From NCBI GenBank assembly GCA_001662655.1, contig KV460240.1: a DNA stretch of 64,000 nt. One strand, given 5' to 3'. The position numbers were made by a program, and so were the translations under genes. The DNA is from Pseudogymnoascus verrucosus (Eukaryota). The notes below the pieces were generated by a model. The model was given only the letters and a program-made list of their open reading frames with translations. It did not search any database and was not told the origin of the DNA. Below, in pieces: positions 12,792 to 22,496 of the stretch. Position 1 is the first letter of the stretch; each line of letters begins with the position of its first letter.

Positions 12792-13589
12792 GGAGCGCAG
12801 ACCGCGCCGAGATCCTCCGTCCCCCACGCTCCGCCGCCCTCGCAGAGGATCCCCGCCTCCGTGCTGCCACCCGCAGCCACGATGACGGCCCCCTTCGAGG
12901 TAGACCCGCACCGTCCATCGCCCGCTATCTCCGCGATGGCAACGATGGCCGGAGCGGGCGCGGCGAATGTGTTAGAGACGAAAGGAGTCGACGTGGTCGC
13001 AAAATCAGAGGCGTCTGCGCCTGCGCCCACGGAACCTACACGAGTAGCACCACCGACGCCGAAACCGAAACCGAGACGCAGGATTCCACGCCCGAGTTTG
13101 CAGAATCAGTATATCTACGCTCACCCGGCGCCGACGCTTAACTCTATCCTCGCAGCTGAGGCAGCGCGACCTGTCACGGCCGCCGAAGCTGAGGAGGTGG
13201 AGATCGATTGGAGACTCGTCGCTGCTGCTGCGTCGAAACGAGGCCGCAATCCGAGCGTGACGAGTAATGAAACCGCGCTCTTCACACCGGCGATGAGCAT
13301 CACCTCGCTCGCGAGCACGCTCGTCGATCGCGCGAGCGTGCACTCTTCTACTACTGCGGCGGGGTCCCAGTCGGCGGATCGGTACGGGTGGGAGGAGAGC
13401 CTTAGTGCGAGGTCGAGCCTTGAATTGGGGTCGAGGGCGAGTGAAGAGACGACGAGGGGTTTTAGTCTGGGTGATGATATGATGGCACCCCCGCCTGCAG
13501 CGGCGCAAGAGAGAGCCCATGAGAGGGGCTTCATGGGGAAGAAGGGGCTGTTGTGGAAGGTGCTCACTATGAATGCACGGGGAGTATGA
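12792..13589 (+). CDS. Stop-free in-frame continuation of the RGS ORF (265 codons): a readthrough extension, or a separate hypothetical protein from ATG 12882
   Basis: Same frame as RGS with no stop between TAG 12789-12791 and TGA 13587-13589. Composition is coding-like, it ends ...GFMGKKGLLWKVLTMNARGV, and AT/GT-rich UTR-like sequence follows. Confidence 0.6.
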   Translation, partial: GAQTAPRSSVPHAPPPSQRIPASVLPPAATMTAPFEVDPHRPSPAISAMATMAGAGAANVLETKGVDVVAKSEASAPAPTEPTRVAPPTPKPKPRRRIPRPSLQNQYIYAHPAPTLNSILAAEAARPVTAAEAEEVEIDWRLVAAAASKRGRNPSVTSNETALFTPAMSITSLASTLVDRASVHSSTTAAGSQSADRYGWEESLSARSSLELGSRASEETTRGFSLGDDMMAPPPAAAQERAHERGFMGKKGLLWKVLTMNARGV

Positions 13590-14628
13590 GAAGAGAAACT
13601 TCTTGTCCATATTTATACGACGACAAGACCAGAGAAATGTTTTGAAAAATGAGGTCAAATTGTATGCACAGCGCGGAGCATTTATTTTTGGAAATTTTTA
13701 GAGATGGGGGCGTCATTACGCGGAAAAGGGATTATGGAATGGGATAAGAGGGAAAAGGAGCGTTTTTTGGGGGGGGGAATACTCTCAGCTTTTTTGGAAC
13801 TACGAGGATTTATCATACGATGGCGTTTTTTTGGGCTTGGGATGGGGGAATTGAGCATTTACAACGATAGGGGGTGTCTGTTCTAGGACTGTGCATAGGC
13901 TATTGGAGTTTTTTTTTGTACTTGTGTGTGTGGTGGGCGATTGGGATGAGATGGGGGAACGGGGGCATTGAGCGTGTGATGCTGTTTGTTTGGATATATC
14001 CTATAGATGTTTTGGAGGGACGATGAGAGAGTGGAGATGGAGTGATGGATGATATATAATTATACCCTCAACTACTTTACAAACAAACAACTCTATCTCG
14101 TGTGTCTGATTGTGATAAATTGTGATAAATGTGATTTAGTGAGGGGTGATAAAGAGGCAAGGTGGTGCTGGAGAGGGATCGGATGAGAGGGAGGCGGGTA
14201 GGCGGCAGCGGATAGAACGGAGTACGTGAGTGAGTGAATTACAACGCGTGTGTGTGTACGTGGCTTTTTATTCCCTCAAATATCTCACGTACTTATCTCA
14301 CCACATTCATAGAGGTGTGCCTACCATAACCAAGCCCCGCTCTTCGGGGATCTGTTCATGCTTTTGCCATATATCTTCGTTTTCATCGGGCCTAGCATAT
14401 ATAGGCACGCACAAGCACACGGGCTGGATCCGAGTCAAGTTATCAAAGGTTATCATATATATACCAAACCAAACCACCCCATATATCCCCCTCCCCCCAT
14501 CTACACCCCCTTCTAGTATAACGCACCGCCCTGATCCAAGAAAACTCCTCCCATGCAATCCCCCCATCCCCCCAACCCTCCACACATCAACACATCAACT
14601 CTCACAACCCCCCCGCCTCCTTCACCTT

Positions 14629-15885
14629 TTACTCAGTAACCTCCCACGCCCTAACCGCTCCATCATCCCCACTCGAAACTACCATCTCCCCCTCCTTCCC
14701 ATCAAACCGCTGACACCACGTAACATGATTAATCTCATACGGTCCATGTCCCATTTCCGCTGTGGCGAGGATCTTCCAGTTTCCTGGGCCAACCTTCTCT
14801 CCCTCCTCCCCATTCCCCTCCCCCTTCTCCCCCTCCTTTTCCCCCTCCTTCCCCTCCTCCTCCCCCTTCCCCGCATCCTCAGCCTTCACCTCCCCATACA
14901 CCACAATCCTCGAATCCCCCCCACAACTCACCACCCTCCCTGTCCTCTCACTCCACGCCACCGCATACACAGCCCTCGTATGCGCCTTCGGCAACACCGC
15001 CTCAAGCACCCATTTCTCCCCCTGCGCTGCCGCCCGCATCGTCGATGGGATCCCGCCACTCTCCGCCTCCGCAGCTTCGACGCGGCGCCAGACGCGGAGA
15101 GTCGTGTCGGCTGAGCAGGTTATTAGGCGGCGGTGTTTATGCTTCTGTGCGTCCTCCTCCTCGGGCTTGGAATCAGCCTCTGCCTGGGACTGGGAAATAG
15201 ACTTCGACTCCGCACCACCTTCCCAAGCAACACCCCAAACCGTCTCCTCCCCCCCCTCAAGCACACCAACACACCCCCATTCCCCCTCCGCATCCTCCCT
15301 CCACACGCGCACCGTGCCATCGTAACTGGAGCTGGCTAGACACTCCCCTTCATCGCCCTCGCTCGGGGCCCAGGCAACGCACTTCACATCCCCTTCGTGC
15401 TCGGTTAGGACGGCGACGGTCTCCCATTCATCGGCACCGTCGACTTCTTCCCAGATCCAGATACTCTTGTCGCGGGAGCAGGTGGCGAGGTATTGGCCTG
15501 AGGGACTGAAGGCTAGGGATTTGACTTCGGCATCGTGGCCTTCGAGGACGACGCTGAATTCCCAATCCTCCCCCTCTTCCCTGTCCTCCACTTCGCCGTC
15601 ATCCCCGGTGCTCTCATCGCGCCGCCATACTCCGGCGGTACCGTCGAAGGATCCGGTCACCAAGCCGAGTTCGCCGGGGCGGAGATGCGGTTTCCAAGCC
15701 GTAGAACGGATAGAGCGGGTGTGGCCGCCTTCGAGGATGGAGTGAGGGGTTGAGGTGCGGAGAGAGGTTATTTGGGCGGATTTGCCGAGGGAGGTCGAGA
15801 GGAGGGGGAGCGTGGGGTGGGGGGTTGAGTGCCAGGCGCGGTGGGGGGAGGGGGGGTGGAGGGGGGGGAGAGGGGTTAGTTGCAT
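14629..15885 (-). CDS. CIA1: Cytosolic iron-sulfur protein assembly WD40 protein Cia1
   Basis: Intronless 418 aa WD40 protein: GHTRSIRSTAW, VLEGHDAEVKSLAFSPSGQYLATCSRDKSIWIWE, TEHEGDVKCVAW, YEINHVTW. Confidence 0.93.
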   Translation of the reverse strand: MQLTPLPPLHPPSPHRAWHSTPHPTLPLLSTSLGKSAQITSLRTSTPHSILEGGHTRSIRSTAWKPHLRPGELGLVTGSFDGTAGVWRRDESTGDDGEVEDREEGEDWEFSVVLEGHDAEVKSLAFSPSGQYLATCSRDKSIWIWEEVDGADEWETVAVLTEHEGDVKCVAWAPSEGDEGECLASSSYDGTVRVWREDAEGEWGCVGVLEGGEETVWGVAWEGGAESKSISQSQAEADSKPEEEDAQKHKHRRLITCSADTTLRVWRRVEAAEAESGGIPSTMRAAAQGEKWVLEAVLPKAHTRAVYAVAWSERTGRVVSCGGDSRIVVYGEVKAEDAGKGEEEGKEGEKEGEKGEGNGEEGEKVGPGNWKILATAEMGHGPYEINHVTWCQRFDGKEGEMVVSSGDDGAVRAWEVTE

Positions 15886-17048
15886 TGTTGTGGTGGTGGG
15901 GGGTGGGTGGAGGTTGTAGGTGTTTGGGGGGTTGGAGAGGTGAGGTGAGGTTGGTAGGTAGGCAGTTTGCAGGTTGGGAGGTGAGATTGTATGGATTGTA
16001 TTGTGGTTGTGGTTGAATCCTCGATGGCGGGGTTGTGATTCGAAGGAGGGGTAGCTCCGTATGCTATCTGCGCGGAGACGTCGGATGCTCCGCTTGGTAT
16101 CGTCAAGCTAAGAATTGCCGGGGATGGTATAGACACAGGTAACGCTCCAGTCGATGTATGTCGCGTCATGTGCACTTCCGTGATTATATATTTATTTCCT
16201 CACTATCGCAGTGCGTAACCGAATTGATCAATCAGCCTCGTCTGGCAGCGTGGGGGATTGGCGGGGCCGGTGCCGGATCAACGACCCCGCCGAGACGGCG
16301 GGTTCACCACCTACCACTTACCACTTACCACTTACCACTATCTTTTTGATACCACCACTACTCCTATATATTAGGAGGCTATCTAACCAGACTTTGACAG
16401 ACAACGACGGAATACGAGTAATGTAGAGAAAGCATAAAGGGAAGTTTACTTTCAACTTACAGAGCTAGCGAGCCTCTTCCATGGATTATGGATTACACTG
16501 GACTACCGTCTCAATACCTTCGATTGGCAAGCCTCTTGACTGGCACGTAACGAATCTAATCAGTATCCTCCACCGGACAGTTTGAACTATTTGATGTTGC
16601 TGTCATTGCTATTTGTCGTTGCCGCTTTCTATTGCCGTCACCGTTTTGCTGTCACCGTTGCTATTACTGTCACCACGTCGTACTATCACCACCATTCCTT
16701 CTAACCTCCCAGAAATAACATACGCCGTCTCACCAAACCTTCACACCTCCCCTATCAGTTACTCGTGGCGCCGTTGCAGTCTTTAGGGGGGCAACTTCCA
16801 TCGCTTCGTCGGTGACCGTGGGATGACTCGTTGGGATCAAAGAACGTCCGCAAGTTGCTCGCTCATTGATCTAATATATTCGCCAACGAGCGCGCATGGA
16901 ACGTATTCTTTGGATGGCGCTTCGGTGTTGGATTCCCTTGGATAAAGGATATATATGAGATAGGTTTTCTTGGTTTGGTTAGGTGATTATTCTTTTGATA
17001 TTTTTGGGGACGGTAGAGAAGGGGTGTTGCAGTAGGTGAATTTATAAA

Positions 17049-17126
17049 ATGTGCATCCCTGCATCACGGGACGCACCCTGTGACGGGACAAACTATTGGT
17101 ACTTTGAATTCAATTGATTCTAAATT
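17049..17126 (+). repeat. Left terminal inverted repeat
   Basis: atgtgcatccctgcatcacgggacgcaccctgtgacgggacaaactattggtactttgaattcaattgattctaaatt. Confidence 0.92.
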
Positions 17127-17526
17127 TGCGAGTCGTGTAACTACTCTTGAACAGACTAAACCCCAGCGACTCTGAAATTTACGATCACGTCGTTGCTGTC
17201 GCATCTAATTGCAGAGGGTGTCAATTCAAAGTATAATAGAACCCCTCGAGCTACAGCATCACCACGAACTCTTATCACTCCTAATACCCATAAGAGAGTC
17301 TTATCTAACCTTTAAGGCACCACTACGATACAGGAGATTGTCATTAGCCTTATAGTGGCAGTGCAGGGCAAATTCATACATGGTTGCCATGGAAATTAAT
17401 ACCTCGAGTCAAAAGCGACTAACAATTTTGGTTAGTGTACTATGGCACTGCACGTGATTTCACTTCGCTTTTGTCATCTTAAGCGTTAAGGGTGTGTGGC
17501 TAATTAGAAGTGTGGCTGAAGTAAAG

Positions 17527-18561
17527 CTAAAAACAGCACTGTACGACCGCGTTATGCCCAGACAGCGGCGTCCGACCATAGCAGTCCTTTGAGTCGACGT
17601 CCACCTTCCTAGTGTCGAGCAGCAGCTTCACGACTGCGTTGTGCCCGCCTGCCACAGCCCCATGTAGCAGCGTCCGACCGTAGGAGTCCTTCGAGTCAAC
17701 GTCCACCTCCCCGTTGTCAAGCAGGCGCTTCACGACTGCATTATGCCCGCCCGCTGCGGCCCCATACAGCGGCGTCTGACCGCCTATGTCCTTCGAGTTG
17801 ACATCCACCTTCCCGGTGTCGAGCAGCAGCTTCACAACCGCGTCGTGCCCCTCGTGTGCAGCCTAAGACAGTGGCGTACGACTGTGACAGTCCTTTGAGT
17901 CGACATCCACCTTCCTAGTGTCGAGCAGCCGCTTCACAACCGCGTTGTGCCCGCCTGCTACAGCCCTATGTAGCGGCGTCCGTCTGTAGGAGTCCTCCGA
18001 GTTGATGTCCACCTTCCCGGTGTCGAGCAGCCGCTTCACGACCGCGTCGTGCCCGCCCGCCGCGGCCCCATACAGCGGCGTTTGACCGTCGCACTCAAAC
18101 ATCCAATCGTGGAAGTACTTCAAGTCAACGTCTACCTTCCTAGTGTTGAGAAGCAGCTTCACAACCGCGTCATGCCCGCACCTCGCGGCCTCAGATAGCG
18201 GTGTATGACCGAAGGGGTCCTTCGATTCGACAGCCACTTCCCCGGTGTCGAGCAGCAGCTTCACGACCGCGTGGTGCCCGTCGAGCGCAGCCCGAGACAG
18301 CGGCGTCCAACCGAGAGGGTCCTTCGCTTTAACATCAGCTCCTCCTTCCAAAAACTTTCGAGTCGTCGCCTCTTGCCCTTGTTGTGCAGCCCACCATAAC
18401 CCTGAGCTCTTAAGTTGTTGTATGTTGTGGCGATAGAGATAAGTATTAAGGACATTGTACAGGCGGCTATTTGCTTGGCTAAAAGCATTGATATCTCTCT
18501 CTGAGTCTAGATTTTCCGATATAGACAACAATAATTCGTTCACTAAATCAAGTAGCGGCAT
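17527..18561 (-). pseudogene. F-box-like N-terminus plus ~9 ankyrin repeats, interrupted by one in-frame TAG (17863-17865)
   Basis: MPLLDLVNELLLSISENL...RLY (F-box-like) is followed by 34-aa repeats TPLxxAAxxGHxAVVKLLL. ORFs 17863-18609 and 17527-17835 share a frame and read RTPLS*AAHEGHDAVVKLL across the stop. Confidence 0.85.
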
Positions 18562-18973
18562 TTCTGAGGGGTTAGCTTCGCATCTAGGTAACTGCAACCA
18601 AGCACTCATGGTCGACTGCAGCTGCTGCGCAAGGTCGAGTGTGCCTTTGCCAGTTGTTCGCTTGTATTATATGACACAGTAGCCGCATGACACAGCAATC
18701 CCTGGTCACCATAAGGCTGAAAACGATTTTTCAGCATCGCGGTGAGGCTCGAAAACCCAGATCAAATAGTTATATCATTTTGAAAGATGCAAAGAGCTCG
18801 TGGTTGTGCTGTAGGTTAGGGGTCCTATTATACGTCAAATTGACGCCCTCTGTAATTAGGCGCAACAGCGACAACATGATAGTAAATTTTAGAGTAGCTG
18901 GGGTTTAGATTGTTTAGGAGTGGTTACACAACATAAGTGACACAGAAAAACTGGAAGTTTTAATAGATTCATG

Positions 18974-19050
18974 AATTTATAATCAATTGAATTCAAAGTA
19001 CCAATATTTGTCCCGTCACAGGGTGCGTCCCTTGATGCAGGGATGCACGT
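18974..19050 (-). repeat. Right terminal inverted repeat
   Basis: aatttataatcaattgaattcaaagtaccaatatttgtcccgtcacagggtgcgtcccttgatgcagggatgcacgt, the reverse complement of the left TIR. Confidence 0.92.
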
Positions 19051-19495
19051 TATAGACAATTATTTTAAAATTACCCAATGTACTGTATAGTAACTTGGCC
19101 ATGGCTAGACCATTCAAATATATTGGTGCACTTGTTATATTATCTAGAGAGCATTTTATTCATTCCTCACTATTTCTAGTCATTAGCCTGTCCTCTCGCA
19201 CCATACTTTATAACAACCAAGCGAGCAAGGGAGTAGATTCATGGATAGATCATATATTCAAGTCTATAGTCCAAAAAACCACCAAACTTATTTATCTCAA
19301 ACCCCCGCCCATTTTCCATGTCCATCCAAAAAACATCAGGCGTATTCTATCAAGCGTAGTCTATCAAAATCATGCGCTTCGATAAACTACCTCCAGGAGG
19401 CAAAAGCTCCCCAAATCAAAACGCCATGGATGCTTTCTTTCATCGTCATCATCTCATCTCATCCCTCATCATATATAGACATTCCCCACCACCCC

Positions 19496-20817
19496 TTAAA
19501 CCTCCTTCTCCTCAACGACCACACCCCATGGGTGGTCCTCGCGGCCGTACATGATATCCACGAGCCAGTTCTTGATGACATTGGTGTAATCGCCAACCTC
19601 TCCCTGAGCCATTGGGACATCGATATCAACGCCACGGAAGTGGATTTTCGACACCGGTGCGACGAAGAACTGCATCCCATATTAGCCGACCATTCACACT
19701 TCATTCTGGGGGAGAATAAGAGGAAAAAACTCACAGCCGTCCCACAAGCAAAACACTCCACCAACCTCCCCTCCTCCGACGCCTCCACAATCTCCTGCAT
19801 AGTATACTCCCTCTCCACCACCTCAATCGGCTCCAACTCGCCCTTCCCACTCAACCTCTCCTTAACAAGCTGAATCACACTCCTCCTCGTCACCCCATCA
19901 AGAATAACCTTACTATCCAACGGCGCCGTAATCAACTGCAACTTTCCCCCCTCCTTACTCCTCATCACCGTGAAGAAATTACTCGCTCCCGCCTCCGTAA
20001 CCTGCGCCTCATCCCCCAAAAGCCAGAGGACTTGGTTGAACCCCAACCTCCGCGCTTCTTGCTGCGCCATCAGACTAGGTCCGTAATTCGCGCCTACCTT
20101 GGCGAATCCGAATCCACCGGGCCACGCGCGGACGGTGTCGTTTTGCGAGGCGAGAAGCTTCATGCCGCCGGGGGTCTCGGAGAGCTCGGGCATGTATGTC
20201 GCGATGATGAAGAGCATTGCCTCCTTGGGGGTTTGGACGCCCAGCTCGGCTTGCGTGCCGATCATCGTAGGGCGGAGATACAAGAACTTCCCCGCATCGG
20301 ACTTGGGCAGGAATTTGGCGGCGTCAACGGCGACGAGCTCGGCGATCAGCTTCTCTATCTCCGCGGTGTCGAAGGTCGGGAGCGCGATGCGCGCAGATGA
20401 CATGAGGAGGCGCTTCGCGTTGCAGTCTGGGCGGAAGAGGCGGACCTTGCCGTCGTAGCCGCGGTAGCATTTAAGCCCCTCGAAGCACTCGGTGGCGTAG
20501 TGAAGCACCGAGGCCGTGGGCATGATGGAGAAGGGACCGTAGGGCTTCAGCTCGGGGACGCCCCAGCCGCTGTTCACGTTCCAGGTGCATGTTATCATGT
20601 GGTCTGTCGCGAAGGAGGAGACGTTGCGGATGGGGTCGTCGAGGGCGGGGACGGTGCGGGGGGTTGTCGTGCGCGTGCGGGTCAGCTTTGAGGCGTCGAG
20701 GGCCGCGAGGGAGGGCGCGGTGGTGCTGGAGAGCTTCGCGGCCACGGCGTCGGCGATCAGGGTGGTTCCTTGCGCCATGGCCTGGGGAGGCGTGGCGGAT
20801 ACGGCGGAGGGAGACAT
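19496..20817 (-). CDS. Branched-chain amino acid aminotransferase (class IV PLP enzyme)
   Basis: LHYATECFEGLKCYRG, LYLRP, AKVGANYGPSL, EAGASNFF, ILDGVTRRS. Intron 19670-19734 restores ...FACGTAFFVAPVS...IMYGREDHPWGVVVEEKEV*. Confidence 0.95.
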
Positions 20818-21353
20818 GAGGGGTTGTTGTGGTGGGGGTTATCGCCCGATGGTATGCGGTGAAGTGATAAGAGATAGAAGAGATAGACTTCTCGTTGCAA
20901 TTGAGAAGATGGAGAGAGTAGATAGAAGAGGCAATGGGGGAATAACAGAGCTTGGGTGTGCTGCTGTTATATGAGTGTATGTGTTGGAAGAGGAAAGGGA
21001 GAAAAAAAGTCGAGCGAGTCAAGACGAGGGGTTGGGGTTCACTTTTGTAGCCACTGCACCGGCTTTGGAGAAGGGAAAGACGGAAGACGGGTGTTGAGGG
21101 GTGGAAGGTCTGTTAGTCACACGCAACTTTCTGGTGCGGGAGCTAATGATGGTAGTTTGATGGTGGATAGGCGTAGTTGGAGAAAGGAAGGTCAGTTCGT
21201 TCCATTGGCTCTAATCCGAGTAAGGATCTCGGCGGCAACGGTGTGTTTGTTTCAACGTGTTGTCTATTCGTGAGTTCCCTCTATTCGGTCTTCTATTCGA
21301 GGCTATAATATTTTGCATAATCTTTCTTTATTCCCTTTTCCCCTGTTAAAACT

Positions 21354-21363
21354 CCGTAATCGG
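21354..21363. promoter_or_regulatory. Candidate Leu3/LeuB binding site CCG-N4-CGG upstream of the aminotransferase gene
   Basis: CCGTAATCGG lies ~540 bp upstream of the ATG at 20817. Confidence 0.4.
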
Positions 21364-22496
21364 ACGCATTGTCGATTGCGGTGAGCAATTGCTGGGGGAA
21401 GGTTGCATGTTGTGGTAGAAGAGAAGGCGCACCCGCATGGTCTGTCTTGCCTTGTCTACTTACCGTGCGCCCGGTCCGCAGGTCTCAGAATTTCTCGGTG
21501 GTGGTCGTTAGGCGGGCGGCGAAGTTTGGATAAGAAAAAACGACGCGTCTGTCCCGGGCCCGAACAAAATATGACGTCGACAGGACCCTTTTTCTCAGTA
21601 ACACAAAAACTTCTTTAATGGGAGGCGTTTGAAGATCAGTCAATTGACAGCCACTTACATCGCAGAGGACGAGTTCATGGTAATTCTGGGGATACCAGGT
21701 GACTGGCCCCCCCTTTTGCTTGGCCTTGTTGGCCCCTTCATGGTCAGCAACGGAGATAATGTTTAGGTTCGATTGATAAATCCATGGGAAAGTGCGGAAT
21801 CAAAAGGTTGATATAGGCCGTTGCAAGCCGAGCGTAGCCCTTTTGTTCCAGCTCTGCCGAATCGCCGACTCGGAAAAGGGTAGAGACGAGAGAGAACACA
21901 TAACAAATCAGTCAGCAGGTACAAACGGTACGTGAATTAGAGAAGCGTATTGGCTTGGGGTGTTTCGGCATATAATTGCGCGATACTGCACTTGATAATG
22001 CTATTGATTCTGTTTGATCATTGACGACGAGTGTTGACGATGGAGGATTGATCGGTGGATGGTTGACGGTTGATGCGTCAGCTGCGATAAGTGACAGTGG
22101 TGGTGGCCGTACTGGCAGCAAGGTTGAGTATCTCCGCCGCCATATCCACGCCTTTCAACAGCTCCCTCTCCAGTACGAATACCCTCACTCCTACCCAAAT
22201 AAATAGAAAAGACAATAACCCCTCTCAAATCCCAAGGGGAATCCCCATCCATTTAACCCCTCCCCTCCTCAACTCGTGACATCAGTCCCCATGCATCCCC
22301 CAACCCAACCCCCATCGGAGATGCGGCTACTCCCAATTGTCAGCCTTGCATTCCCTGTCCTCTGATTCGCCACTCGCATTTCAAAGCCCGACCCGAGCTC
22401 GCCCATCGCCATCGACAATATAATAATCTATCTCCAAAACTACAAACAATTTTCCCAAACCTCATCACCACCTAAACACCACACACACACATAACC

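Larger units (their letters stand above)
17049..19050. mobile_element. Non-autonomous TIR DNA transposon (Tc1/mariner/pogo-like ends) carrying an ankyrin-repeat cargo gene
   Basis: Left TIR 17049-17126 and right TIR 18974-19050 are reverse complements with 3 mismatches and 1 indel. The right end is ...GCACGT followed by TA. No transposase ORF lies inside. Confidence 0.85.

Noticed and set aside
14230..15325. Long + strand ORFs (294 aa and 187 aa)
   Set aside because: Antisense shadows of the G-rich CIA1 gene
16590..16700. (GTC/GTT/GCT)n-like degenerate triplet tract next to the TIR element
   Set aside because: Simple-sequence DNA with no ORF or snoRNA box arrangement that I can support
17527..18330. 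Regularly spaced 102-bp repeats resembling a CRISPR-like array
   Set aside because: They are coding ankyrin repeats in a eukaryotic genome, with no unique spacers
17049..19050. Starship-type giant element interpretation
   Set aside because: The element is only 2 kb, has long symmetric TIRs and lacks a DUF3435 tyrosine recombinase
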